Source of the DNA: an uncultured Clostridia bacterium
Lineage (GTDB): Bacteria; Bacillota; Clostridia; TANB77; CAG-508
Assembly (NCBI GenBank): GCA_944392515.1
Contig: CALXWV010000002.1
Coordinates: forward strand, 2,199-66,198
DNA length: 64,000 nucleotides
Direction: 5' to 3'
The position numbers and the translations under genes are program-made. The notes under the pieces were generated by a model. The model saw only the letters and a list, made by a program, of their open reading frames with translations. It was not told where the DNA came from and did not search any database. Numbering within the stretch: the first letter of the stretch is position 1; each line of letters opens with the position of its first letter. Positions 10,161 through 19,620 of the stretch are shown here, piece by piece.

Positions 10161-11099
10161 ATGGTTTATTTATTATTTGGTGAAGATGAATATTTAAGAA
10201 ATGAATATTTAAAAAAGATAAGGAAAGCTTTTGGAGAAGTGCAGCTTGGAATTAATTATGTGCAAATAGATGAAAATAATGTATCTAATATAATATCAGA
10301 TATTGAAACACCAGCATTTGGATTTCCCTCTAAACTAATTATTGCTAAAAATACAGGATTATTCAAAAAGAAAAATACTTTATCTGAATCAGTTGCAGAG
10401 TATTTAAAAACTGCTAATTTAGATGGAGTAGAGCTTGTATTTATAGAATTAGAACCAGAAAAAAATAGCTTATATAATGCCATTAGTAAAATTGGAGAAG
10501 TAAAAGAATTTAAAGAACAAAAACTTCCACAATTAATTACAAAAGTAAAATCTATCGCAAAAGCATATAATGTTAATATTTTAGAAAATACTGCAAGCTA
10601 TTTTATAGAATGCATTGGGACAAATATGAGTGATATAATTAATGAACTTAGAAAACTTATAGAATATGCAGGAAATGGCGGAACAATCACAAAAAAAGAT
10701 ATTGATGCATTATGCGTTAAAAAATCTGAAAGCATTATATTTGATTTAACAGATAATCTTGGAAGAAAAAAGATTGCTGAAGCAATTGATGTATTACATA
10801 ATTTAATTTATGCAAAAGAACCTATTCAGAGAATATTAATTATGCTATATAATCATTTTAAAAAACTATATATTATTAAATTAGCAATAGAAGAAAATAA
10901 AAATGTAGCACAAAGTTTAAAACTAAAACCAAATCAAGCATTTTTAGTTAATAAATATCAAACTCAAGCAAAATATTTTAGTAAGGAGGAATTGCGAAGT
11001 TTACTTGAAGAATTAATAAAAATAGATAGTTCTTCAAAATCTGGAGGAATAGAAATAAATGTTGGACTAGAAACTGTACTTTGCAAATATTGTTCATGA
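10161..11099 (+). CDS. holA: DNA polymerase III delta subunit HolA
   Basis: The N-terminus is typical of HolA (MVYLLFGEDEYLRNEYLKKIRKAFGEVQ...). Clamp-loader delta fold. Confidence 0.8.
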   Translation: MVYLLFGEDEYLRNEYLKKIRKAFGEVQLGINYVQIDENNVSNIISDIETPAFGFPSKLIIAKNTGLFKKKNTLSESVAEYLKTANLDGVELVFIELEPEKNSLYNAISKIGEVKEFKEQKLPQLITKVKSIAKAYNVNILENTASYFIECIGTNMSDIINELRKLIEYAGNGGTITKKDIDALCVKKSESIIFDLTDNLGRKKIAEAIDVLHNLIYAKEPIQRILIMLYNHFKKLYIIKLAIEENKNVAQSLKLKPNQAFLVNKYQTQAKYFSKEELRSLLEELIKIDSSSKSGGIEINVGLETVLCKYCS

Positions 11100-11776
11100 A
11101 AGCATTAGTAGATGGAAGAATTAGAGAAGAAGAATTTTCATATTTATTTGATGAACTTAAATTAGATATTAAATTAATAGATCCTTCAAAATATGTTTAT
11201 CCTGAAATATCTGGTCATAGTGACATATTTTATGCAAAAATAAATGATAAAATATATTGTGCACCAAATGCAAAATATATTGAAACAAACTTTATAATTG
11301 GAAAAGAACCTGTAAGATATAAGTATCCAGATGATGTTAAATATAATGTTTGTCAAATAGGAAAGTATGTTATAGGAAGTAAGTATGTTGATGAAAAAAT
11401 AAAAGATAAAGTAAATGTTTTTGTAAAACAAGGATATACTAAATGCAATATAGCAGTAACTGGAGATAATTCATGTATTACATCAGATGTAGGAATATAT
11501 GAAAAATTAAAAAACTTAGGGATGGATGTATCATTACTTAGGACAGATAATATAGGATTAATCAATAAAGATCATTTACTATCTGAAATGCATGGTTTTA
11601 TTGGAGGAGCTACTGCTTTAATTAATGATACTTTTGTATTATTTGGAGATGTAGAATATTTAAGTGAAGAAAATAGAAAAAACTTACTTGAACATATAAA
11701 AAGGCATAATCTAAAATTTAAAGATTTTAAATACTTAAAAATTATTGATTATGGTGGAATAATGATTTATGACTAA
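11096..11776 (+). CDS. Hypothetical protein (unknown function)
   Basis: 226-aa ORF overlapping the holA stop; no family recognised. The likely start is MKALVDG at 11096. Confidence 0.4.
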   Translation: MKALVDGRIREEEFSYLFDELKLDIKLIDPSKYVYPEISGHSDIFYAKINDKIYCAPNAKYIETNFIIGKEPVRYKYPDDVKYNVCQIGKYVIGSKYVDEKIKDKVNVFVKQGYTKCNIAVTGDNSCITSDVGIYEKLKNLGMDVSLLRTDNIGLINKDHLLSEMHGFIGGATALINDTFVLFGDVEYLSEENRKNLLEHIKRHNLKFKDFKYLKIIDYGGIMIYD

Positions 11777-11975
11777 GTTTGTTAACACTATTTTAGGTGA
11801 ATTTGAGGATTAAAATGAAAAGAATAATGCTTTATAGTATTGCTATTCTTAAATATATAGATTTCATAGTAAACAAAATCACTAATTTTGCATATTTTGT
11901 TTACTAAACTAAACAAAATGTTGACAATAAAAAATAATTAAGATATAATAGGATAAAATAAAAAAGGAGAAAATA

Positions 11976-13178
11976 ATGATTATTCGTGAAAAATATTTAT
12001 CTAAAATTAGACCTTTCTATGATCAAGATTTAATAAAGGTTATAATGGGTGTTAGAAGATGTGGAAAATCGGTTCTATTATTGCAAATAATTGATGAATT
12101 AAAAGAAAGAAAAATACCAGAATCTCAAATAGTATACATTAACTTTGAATATGAAGATTATGCTTTTATAAAAAACGATATGGACTTACACAATTATATT
12201 AAAGAAAAAATAGTAAGCAAAGATAAATATTATTTGTTCTTTGATGAAATTCAAAATGTAGAACACTGGGAAAAAGCAATAAATTCATTTAAAGCTTCAA
12301 AAAATGTATCGATATTTATTACAGGTTCTAATAGCGATTTACTATCTGGAGAACTTGCTACACATATAGCTGGAAGATATGTAAGTTTTAAAACTTATCC
12401 ATTCACATTTAAGGAAGTGTGTGAACTTAAAAATATAACTGGTGGAAAAGATATAGAAGAAGCATTTAATGACTATATGATGTGGGGAGGAATGCCTCAA
12501 AGATTTATGATGACAGATGAAATTCAGACAAGAACATATTTATTAGATATTTATAATTCTATATTAGTAAAAGATATTATAGAGCGATTTAATATAAAAG
12601 ACTTAGATTTATTTAATAGAATAGTTGAATATATAGTTACAACACCATCTCAAAATTTCTCAGCAGAAAGTTTATCAAATTATTTTGCAAATAAAGATGA
12701 TAGAGAAGTTTCAAAAATAACTCTATATAATTATTTAGAATATATGTCAAAAGCTATGATGATAAATAAAGCTGAAAGATATGATGTTAGGGGAAAAAGA
12801 ATATTAAATGGAAAATATAAATATTATTTAACTGATCTAGGATTTGGTCAAATAATGAATATTGGAAAGAGACCTCAACTAGGAGCGTATTTAGAAAACA
12901 TTGTATATAATGAATTATTATCTAGAGGATATGATGTTAAAATTGGAAATTTAGAAAATGGAGAAATAGATTTTATAGCAACAAGATTTAATGAAAAGCT
13001 ATATATTCAAGTAGCATATATTTTAGCGGACGAATCTGTTATAGAAAGAGAATTTGGGGCATTAAAAAAAATAGAAGATAATTATCCTAAATATGTTTTA
13101 ACAATGGATAAGTTTGATTTTTCACAGGATGGTATAATTCATAAAAATGTAATAGATTGGTTATTGGAAGAAAAATAA
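11976..13178 (+). CDS. AAA+ ATPase with C-terminal DUF4143 (paralogue 1)
   Basis: Walker A GVRRCGKS, Walker B LFFDEIQ, and a conserved C-terminal EIDFIA motif. It is a paralogue of the 17799-19001 gene. Confidence 0.8.
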   Translation: MIIREKYLSKIRPFYDQDLIKVIMGVRRCGKSVLLLQIIDELKERKIPESQIVYINFEYEDYAFIKNDMDLHNYIKEKIVSKDKYYLFFDEIQNVEHWEKAINSFKASKNVSIFITGSNSDLLSGELATHIAGRYVSFKTYPFTFKEVCELKNITGGKDIEEAFNDYMMWGGMPQRFMMTDEIQTRTYLLDIYNSILVKDIIERFNIKDLDLFNRIVEYIVTTPSQNFSAESLSNYFANKDDREVSKITLYNYLEYMSKAMMINKAERYDVRGKRILNGKYKYYLTDLGFGQIMNIGKRPQLGAYLENIVYNELLSRGYDVKIGNLENGEIDFIATRFNEKLYIQVAYILADESVIEREFGALKKIEDNYPKYVLTMDKFDFSQDGIIHKNVIDWLLEEK

Positions 13179-13330
13179 GAAATATAAGATTTAGAAAGTA
13201 AGAATGAATAAAAAACTCTAACTTTAGCATAATAAAGTTAGAGTTTTTTTAGTAGGCAACTTAATAAATATATTAAAAAATAAATTAATTATAGTTATGC
13301 AAAGTTTATTAAAGCTAGAAAGGATAAAAA

Positions 13331-14239
13331 ATGTTAGATTTTAGAACAGATTTAGCTGACGAGAGATTAAATGAATGTAAAAAAGCAGGAGAAATAGAAG
13401 GCATTTCTTCTGAAAATGTAAATTTAGATAATAGCTTAAAGGTAACTAAAGTAAAGGTATTAAATGAAAAAGGAAAGAAGAGAATAGGAAAAGAAATAGG
13501 AACATATATTACTTTAGAAATTCAAAATATTGATGTAATTTCAAAAGAAGAACTAGAAAACATAAGTAAGATTTTAGCAGAACAATTAAAAGAATTAGTA
13601 AAAGGATATAACTCTATTTTAGTTGTAGGACTTGGAAATATAGATACAACAGCAGATTCAATAGGACCTAAGACGATTAAGGATTTATCTATAACAAGGC
13701 ATTTAAAGAAATATGCACCAGAATTAATTAAAGAAAATGCAAAAGAAATAAGTGGAATTGCACCAGGAGTTTTAGGAACAACAGGAATAGAAACACAAGA
13801 AATATTAAAAGGAATTGTAGAAAAAGTAAAACCAGATGCAATAATTGCAATAGATGCTTTAATTTCTAGAGATATTTCAAGATTATTTAAAACAATACAA
13901 ATTAGTGACACAGGAATTACACCAGGAGCTGGAGTAGGAAATACTAGAAAAGAAATAAGCAAAAATACTATGGGAATACCGGTTATAGCGATTGGTGTAC
14001 CAACACTAGTAGAAGCGGCAACGATAGTTGCAGATAGTATAGAACTTATATCTAAACAATTTGAAGAATTTAAAGATTTAAGAGAAGCTAGCAAAGAAGA
14101 TAAATATAGACTAATAAAAGCAGTACTTGAACCATCAAAATTTAATTTAGCCGTCACACCAAAAGAGGTGGACAGCTTAGTAGATAATATGAAATTAGTA
14201 ATTGCACATGGAATTAATTATACTTTTGCTGAAACTTAA
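13331..14239 (+). CDS. gpr: Germination protease GPR (spore protease)
   Basis: MLDFRTDLADERL... and the VIAIGVPTLV motif typical of GPR. Confidence 0.9.
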   Translation: MLDFRTDLADERLNECKKAGEIEGISSENVNLDNSLKVTKVKVLNEKGKKRIGKEIGTYITLEIQNIDVISKEELENISKILAEQLKELVKGYNSILVVGLGNIDTTADSIGPKTIKDLSITRHLKKYAPELIKENAKEISGIAPGVLGTTGIETQEILKGIVEKVKPDAIIAIDALISRDISRLFKTIQISDTGITPGAGVGNTRKEISKNTMGIPVIAIGVPTLVEAATIVADSIELISKQFEEFKDLREASKEDKYRLIKAVLEPSKFNLAVTPKEVDSLVDNMKLVIAHGINYTFAET

Positions 14240-14257
14240 AATAAAGCTAAAATATTA

Positions 14258-15061
14258 TTAATAAATCAAAAAATGAATTGCAACTAAAATTAGCAAATGT
14301 ATAGGGTAAAATGCATAAAATATATATTTTAGACTAGGACCTTTTTTACCATTATATAAAAGCATAAAAATAACCGGGAAAAAGGTTCCTATTATTTGCA
14401 ATAGGGCTAGGTTATAATAACCAATTGCAAGATAACTACTAAACTTTATAACCACCAATGCAAAAAATACAATTACGAACAATATATTATTATTAAAATA
14501 TGTTATACTGTTTTCTAATCTTTTGTTTTCCTCATTTGAATATTGCAAAGTCTCATTAGAATTATTTGTAATATTAGAATAAAATGCATTATTCTTTATT
14601 TTAGATAAACTTTTATCATTATAAAATAAATAAATGCAAATTATTAAACATACACCAAACCAACCGTAATCAGTTTGAGCAAATTCTGCAATAAGCATTA
14701 AAACTAAACTTAACAAAATTGCAAAAGATTTATATTTTTTAGGAAATACATCTAAAATATATATTGCTAAAAGCCCAAGAGCTAATGTGAAAAATACGTT
14801 TAATAAATCTATTCTACCTAAATATGAATATGTAAATAGACTAAATGGTATCTGGGATATAAGACCAAATAAAAATAGTCTTAATAAATATTTATTTACA
14901 TTTTTAGTGTGTTTATATCCTATAACAATTTGAAAGCAAAATAGAGGAAAAGCAATTCTGCCAATAACATTTAAAAAACTAAATTGGCCTATAATTGCAT
15001 CACCTGAGTGGTCACAAAACATACTAATAATTGCAATTAATTTTATAACAAAACTTGACAT
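14258..15061 (-). CDS. TraX-family membrane protein
   Basis: FVIKLIAIISMFCDHSGDAII is an N-terminal TraX signature. Polytopic membrane protein. Confidence 0.6.
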   Translation of the reverse strand: MSSFVIKLIAIISMFCDHSGDAIIGQFSFLNVIGRIAFPLFCFQIVIGYKHTKNVNKYLLRLFLFGLISQIPFSLFTYSYLGRIDLLNVFFTLALGLLAIYILDVFPKKYKSFAILLSLVLMLIAEFAQTDYGWFGVCLIICIYLFYNDKSLSKIKNNAFYSNITNNSNETLQYSNEENKRLENSITYFNNNILFVIVFFALVVIKFSSYLAIGYYNLALLQIIGTFFPVIFMLLYNGKKGPSLKYIFYAFYPIHLLILVAIHFLIY

Positions 15062-15110
15062 ATATTATCCTTTCAAGATTTTATAAATATATAATAAATA
15101 GATAATGAAT

Positions 15111-15986
15111 CTATAAATATTTAGTAAATGGCAATTCATAAAGTTTAATTTCTTTATTGTTTAGATAGTTAAGAATACTGCTATCATTAGTAAAATTAAA
15201 CTTAATACTATAACTACATAATAATTGAGTATTTACTCCAAATTTTTTATTTATTTCATAAGAACCATATTTCCCGTCCCCTATAATAGGTAATCCAATA
15301 TAAGCTAAATGAGCCCTGATTTGATGAGTTTTACCTGTATGTAAAGTAACATTTAGTAAAGATATCTTTTTATTCTTATTTACATCTATTACTTTATATG
15401 AAGTTAGTATTTTCGAATAACCTTTCTTAAACTCATCAGAAATATATACAATAGATTTTTTACTATCTTTAAATAAATAAGATTGAAGAGTAGCTGATGA
15501 TTTTAATGGAATACCATAACAAAGACAAATATAGTGTTTTTCAATTTCTTTATTTTTAAACTTATCTAATAATATATCTAAACTTTCTTTATTTTTAGCA
15601 AATAAAACTAAACCAATAGTATTTCTGTCAATTCTATGGCAAGGCTCTAAGAAATTAAAATTTTTTTTCATAATAGATGTAAGTGAAAAATCTCCTACAA
15701 CTTCTAAATTAGTAGGTTTTTTAAAAATTACAATATTATCATCTTCATATATAACTTTTATATCATTGATGCTTACTCCATAAAGTTCACTATCAATAAT
15801 ATATACATCTAATGTATCTCCAGTATTAAGTATTACATTTTTATTAATTCTACTACCATTTAACTTTATATCCTTTTTTCTTAAAGCTTTATAAATGCTA
15901 TTTACATTTAGATTAGGGAAGATAGTAGTTAAACATGTAATTAAATTCTTACCTGAATATTTAGGCTCAACAACAACTGTTTTCAT
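15111..15986 (-). CDS. RluA-family 23S rRNA/tRNA pseudouridine synthase with an S4-like N domain
   Basis: Catalytic HRIDRNTIGLVLFAK and the C-terminal THQIRAHLAYIGLPIIGD motif. Confidence 0.85.
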   Translation of the reverse strand: MKTVVVEPKYSGKNLITCLTTIFPNLNVNSIYKALRKKDIKLNGSRINKNVILNTGDTLDVYIIDSELYGVSINDIKVIYEDDNIVIFKKPTNLEVVGDFSLTSIMKKNFNFLEPCHRIDRNTIGLVLFAKNKESLDILLDKFKNKEIEKHYICLCYGIPLKSSATLQSYLFKDSKKSIVYISDEFKKGYSKILTSYKVIDVNKNKKISLLNVTLHTGKTHQIRAHLAYIGLPIIGDGKYGSYEINKKFGVNTQLLCSYSIKFNFTNDSSILNYLNNKEIKLYELPFTKYL

Positions 15987-16052
15987 AATTCATCCTTTTA
16001 AAATAATTTTTATTTATTATAAATTAAAAATACAAAAAACACAACCTCTAAA

Positions 16053-16081
16053 TTGACATAATAAGGACAATCTGGTATAAT
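16053..16081 (+). promoter_or_regulatory. Perfect sigma-A consensus promoter (TTGACA-17 nt-TATAAT) driving the 16113 gene
   Basis: TTGACA at 16053-16058 and TATAAT at 16076-16081, with an exact 17-nt spacer. GGAGGTG RBS at 16099-16105. Confidence 0.7.
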
Positions 16082-16112
16082 AGCATTTAGACAATTTTGG
16101 AGGTGTAAATTT

Positions 16113-16505
16113 ATGCTGAATCAGCGGTTGTACGATATCGTACAAACTTCAAGCAAAAGGCTTGGAATTGAAACTAAAGATGTAAAGAAAAGGTACAATT
16201 GGAAGCAAGAAAGAGATGCCTTCATCGGAAGAGTAACTGAGCCTATGATAATGCTTAAGGATTTCGGATTCACTGACAGTGAAGTTAAAGCATTTGCCAA
16301 AGGAGCCGAAGAATCTTTGGATAGCGTTATCTTCTTCTATCTTGTGAAAAAGATGGTAAAGGAGAGTAAGGATTCGGAGGAGTTTCAAGAAAAAATTGTC
16401 ACCGAATGGCATTCGCCTAAGCTTCTGGACTACTTGAACGATATCTCAGATATCATTTTGGACGACTTCTTTATCCGAAAGGGAGGAATTTGCTTTACAA
16501 CTTAA
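16113..16505 (+). CDS. Hypothetical 130-aa protein encoded by compositionally foreign (~40% GC) DNA
   Basis: Strong RBS, a clean ORF, and codons atypical for the host (CTG, CGG, GCC). It is followed by a perfect hairpin terminator. Confidence 0.6.
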   Translation: MLNQRLYDIVQTSSKRLGIETKDVKKRYNWKQERDAFIGRVTEPMIMLKDFGFTDSEVKAFAKGAEESLDSVIFFYLVKKMVKESKDSEEFQEKIVTEWHSPKLLDYLNDISDIILDDFFIRKGGICFTT

Positions 16506-16518
16506 ACCGCAAACACTG

Positions 16519-16550
16519 GCCGTGTGGAGTTCCACACGGCTCTTTCTATT
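16519..16550 (+). terminator. Rho-independent terminator (gccgtgtgg-agtt-ccacacggc + U-tract)
   Basis: 9-bp perfect GC-rich stem followed by tctttctatt. Confidence 0.75.
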
Positions 16551-16595
16551 AAATAAAAAATATTAAAGATTGAAATAATGCTATACAATTATTAT

Positions 16596-16640
16596 AAATA
16601 TAAAAGAAATATAAAAGAAATATAAAAGAAATATATAAAA
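16596..16640. repeat. Short AT-rich tandem repeat (tataaaagaaa x3 plus a partial copy)
   Basis: Three perfect 11-nt copies read directly. Confidence 0.6.
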
Positions 16641-16781
16641 TAATATGTTTAGATATGGTAAAAAAATAAAAATAAATATATAATTATAATAACCCCTGTT
16701 TTGTATCGCACTCTTAAATAGGTGCATACATGGATAATTTTTCCTTGTAAAATAGCATCATAAGAGAGGGGGATATAAAAT

Positions 16782-16979
16782 ATGAACAAATTAAAAATAC
16801 CAGAAAATCATAGCGGTATTAGTAAAACTTTACGTCTTCCTGATAACGTGATTGAAGATGTACAAAAACTAGCAGACAACAAAAACTTATCTTTTAACAA
16901 AACTGTAATTGCTCTACTTAAATATTCTCTCGAAAATTTAGATGAAAGTGACAAAAAACTTTTAGAGAAAAATGGATAA
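16782..16979 (+). CDS. Small ribbon-helix-helix (Arc/CopG-like) DNA-binding protein
   Basis: 65 aa. The beta-strand KTLRLPDNVIEDV is followed by helices in an RHH pattern. A hairpin terminator follows (aatacctcgaa...ttgaggtattt). Confidence 0.45.
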   Translation: MNKLKIPENHSGISKTLRLPDNVIEDVQKLADNKNLSFNKTVIALLKYSLENLDESDKKLLEKNG

Positions 16980-17097
16980 GAAAGACAAACAAAAATACCT
17001 CGAATTAATTAAGATTAACTTGAGGTATTTATTTTTATTAATAAAATTTTCTAATTATTAATTTATGAAAGAATATTATTTAGATAAAAGTAAAATA

Positions 17098-17400
17098 TTA
17101 TTTAAATAAATAATATACAAATATAAATATTTCAATTATTAAAATTGTTGGAAAGCCATATTTAAAATACCACTTTTTAGTCTTATGTCTAAAGGTATAC
17201 ATACCTGCTATTCCACCAATACCACCACCAAGTAAAACTAATAAAAATAAAAAGCTTTCACTAACTCTCCAATCACCAAGTTTTGCTTCATGCTTATCCC
17301 ACCACATAATTAAGAAAGTTAGTAAGTTAATTACTAATAAATATATAGTAATATTCTTTACAGAAAATATGGCTTCTGCTAACAAATTAAAATCTATCAT
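17098..17400 (-). CDS. DUF1294 membrane protein
   Basis: MWWDKHEAKLGDWRVSE...GGGIGGIAGMYTFRHKTKK is a DUF1294 signature. Confidence 0.75.
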   Translation of the reverse strand: MIDFNLLAEAIFSVKNITIYLLVINLLTFLIMWWDKHEAKLGDWRVSESFLFLLVLLGGGIGGIAGMYTFRHKTKKWYFKYGFPTILIIEIFIFVYYLFK

Positions 17401-17474
17401 AATTTTTCCTTTACTAATAAATTATATAAATAAATTAAAAGATTAAATTAATATATATCAATGAATATTAATAA

Positions 17475-17765
17475 CTAAACATTAATATTTATTTTAGAAT
17501 CTTTAGCTCTTTTTCTATATAAAGTAATTTTTCTTCCCATAACTTGAACAACTATGCTACTGGTATTATTTGCAAGTTCTATTGCAATATCTTTTGCATC
17601 ACTTGGTGCAGTTTCTAAAACTGTAAGTTTAATTAGTTCTCTTGCTTCTAATGCATCATCTACTTGTTTTATTAAATTATCATTAATACCTAATTTACCA
17701 ACTTGCAAAATTGGCTCTACAGTATTTGCTAATCCTCTTAAATATGCTCTATCTTTACTATTCAT
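17475..17765 (-). CDS. yhbY: YhbY/CRS1-family (CRM domain) RNA-binding protein
   Basis: LRGLANTVEPILQVGKLGINDNLIKQVDDALEARELIKL are typical YhbY motifs. Confidence 0.8.
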   Translation of the reverse strand: MNSKDRAYLRGLANTVEPILQVGKLGINDNLIKQVDDALEARELIKLTVLETAPSDAKDIAIELANNTSSIVVQVMGRKITLYRKRAKDSKININV

Positions 17766-17798
17766 TTTTAAATCCTTTCTATAAAATTTGATTTAATT

Positions 17799-19001
17799 TT
17801 AATTCATAAGGAAATCAATAATATTTATTACATCTATTCCTTCGATTTGTTTATTTTTTACGTTATCCATAGTTAATATAACTTTTCTATAATTATCATT
17901 TATTGCAAGTAATGATTTCTTTTCTCTTTCTTCAACTTTTTCATCTAAAATGCTTCTAGATACTTGGTAATATATTTTTTCACTAGGCTTAATTGCAATA
18001 AAATCTATTTCAATATCATTGTATTGGCCAACATATACTTCATAGCCTCTACGTAATAGTTCAATGTATATTAAATTTTCATAACTACTTCCTGTATCAT
18101 AAGAACTAAATCCAGCAATTATATTTTTTAAGCCATTATCTATAAAGTAATATTTACCTTGAGTTTTTAGTAATTGTTTTCCTTTTAACTCATATCTAGG
18201 TACTCGATATATAAAATAAGCATTTTCAAGCATTTTTAAATATGAATCTACTGTTTCATTTGTAATAGTACTACCATTTTTTTTCATAAACTCAGCAATA
18301 GAATAGGGGGTAGTTAAATTTCCTATTACAGAAGACATGTATTTTATTAAGTTATCTAGAAAAACAATATCTTTTATATTATTTCTACAAATAACATCTT
18401 TCTTTAATACAACTTCTTTTAAATCATTTAGATAATTTATAATTAAATTTTCATTATCATTCATGTTTACAATCATAGGCATTCCGCCATATTTTAAATA
18501 TTTATCAAATTTCTCATATTTATCTTCATTATTTTTAAAAGGATATTCTTTTAAAAATTCTTTAAATGAGAAAGGATAAATTTTTATAGTTAGAACCCTT
18601 CCTGCAAGTAGAGTTGTAAGCTCACTAGATAGTAGGTATGCATTAGAACCGGTTATATAAATATCAGAATTTATATCCACTAATATTGAATTAACGGCTT
18701 TTTCCCACTTATCAACATTTTGAACCTCATCTAACAAAATATATTTTTTATTACTATTATTATTTGATCTTCCTTTAATATATTTGTATAAATCATTATA
18801 ATCTTTTATATCATACCATTCGGCACTCTCAAAATTCATATATATAATGTCTTCTTCAGATATATTTTGTGAAACTAAATAATCTTTATATTGTAATAAT
18901 AAAGTGCTTTTACCACTTCTTCTTACACCAGTAATTACTTTTATTAAATTTAAATCTTTTCCATCTATTAATTGATTTAAATATTTTTCTCTTATTAACA
19001 T
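17799..19001 (-). CDS. AAA+ ATPase with C-terminal DUF4143 (paralogue 2, inverted relative to 11976-13178)
   Basis: Walker A GVRRSGKS, Walker B LLDEVQ, and the same EIDFIA C-terminal motif. Confidence 0.8.
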   Translation of the reverse strand: MLIREKYLNQLIDGKDLNLIKVITGVRRSGKSTLLLQYKDYLVSQNISEEDIIYMNFESAEWYDIKDYNDLYKYIKGRSNNNSNKKYILLDEVQNVDKWEKAVNSILVDINSDIYITGSNAYLLSSELTTLLAGRVLTIKIYPFSFKEFLKEYPFKNNEDKYEKFDKYLKYGGMPMIVNMNDNENLIINYLNDLKEVVLKKDVICRNNIKDIVFLDNLIKYMSSVIGNLTTPYSIAEFMKKNGSTITNETVDSYLKMLENAYFIYRVPRYELKGKQLLKTQGKYYFIDNGLKNIIAGFSSYDTGSSYENLIYIELLRRGYEVYVGQYNDIEIDFIAIKPSEKIYYQVSRSILDEKVEEREKKSLLAINDNYRKVILTMDNVKNKQIEGIDVINIIDFLMN

Positions 19002-19047
19002 TAAACCACCTCAAATGTATTATATAATATAAAAAACAGATTGTCAA

Positions 19048-19095
19048 GTTTTACGGCTAAAACCGTAAAAAATAAAAATCAACAAAATTTTACGG
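19048..19095. promoter_or_regulatory. Operator-like element: inverted repeat ttttacgg-N6-ccgtaaaa plus a third ttttacgg copy, upstream of the minus-strand ATPase promoter
   Basis: Read directly. It lies just upstream of a TTGACA/-10 pair on the minus strand. Confidence 0.35.
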
Positions 19096-19217
19096 TTATG
19101 ATTTAGATAACAAGAAAACACAATAAAAAAGAGAAATACTAAAAACTTTCATTTTTAATATTTCTCTTACTAGACACCAAATTGAAATAATTCCTTATTT
19201 GTAGTGGTGCAAACCTT

Positions 19218-19291
<74 letters not shown>

Positions 19292-19620
19292 ATTTCAATG
19301 ACAATATTTATTCTACAATATATTAAAGCAAAAGTCAATACAAATTTCAAAAAAAGTTTAAAATGTAACATTTGTAACAAAAATGTAATATTTAAAATAT
19401 TGACTATAACAAAAAATAAATATAAAATAATAAAAGATTTATTCTATTTTATATAAATAGTATAAGTACATTGAAAACTTAATATTCAAGATAAAAACAA
19501 ATGCACAAATATTATTTATATAAGTAGACATAATTAAACAAAAGAAAAAAATATAAAAGCAAATAATAAGAAAAACTTATTAAAAAAGAAAATTATTAAA
19601 CTAAAGAAGGGAGAATATTC

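Noticed and set aside
13522-14157. 211-aa minus-strand ORF
   Set aside because: It lies fully antisense to gpr, which has strong family motifs, so it is a shadow ORF.
16596-16640. Possible CRISPR-like repeat
   Set aside because: It is only three 11-nt AT-rich tandem units without spacers, so it is a simple microsatellite and not a CRISPR array.
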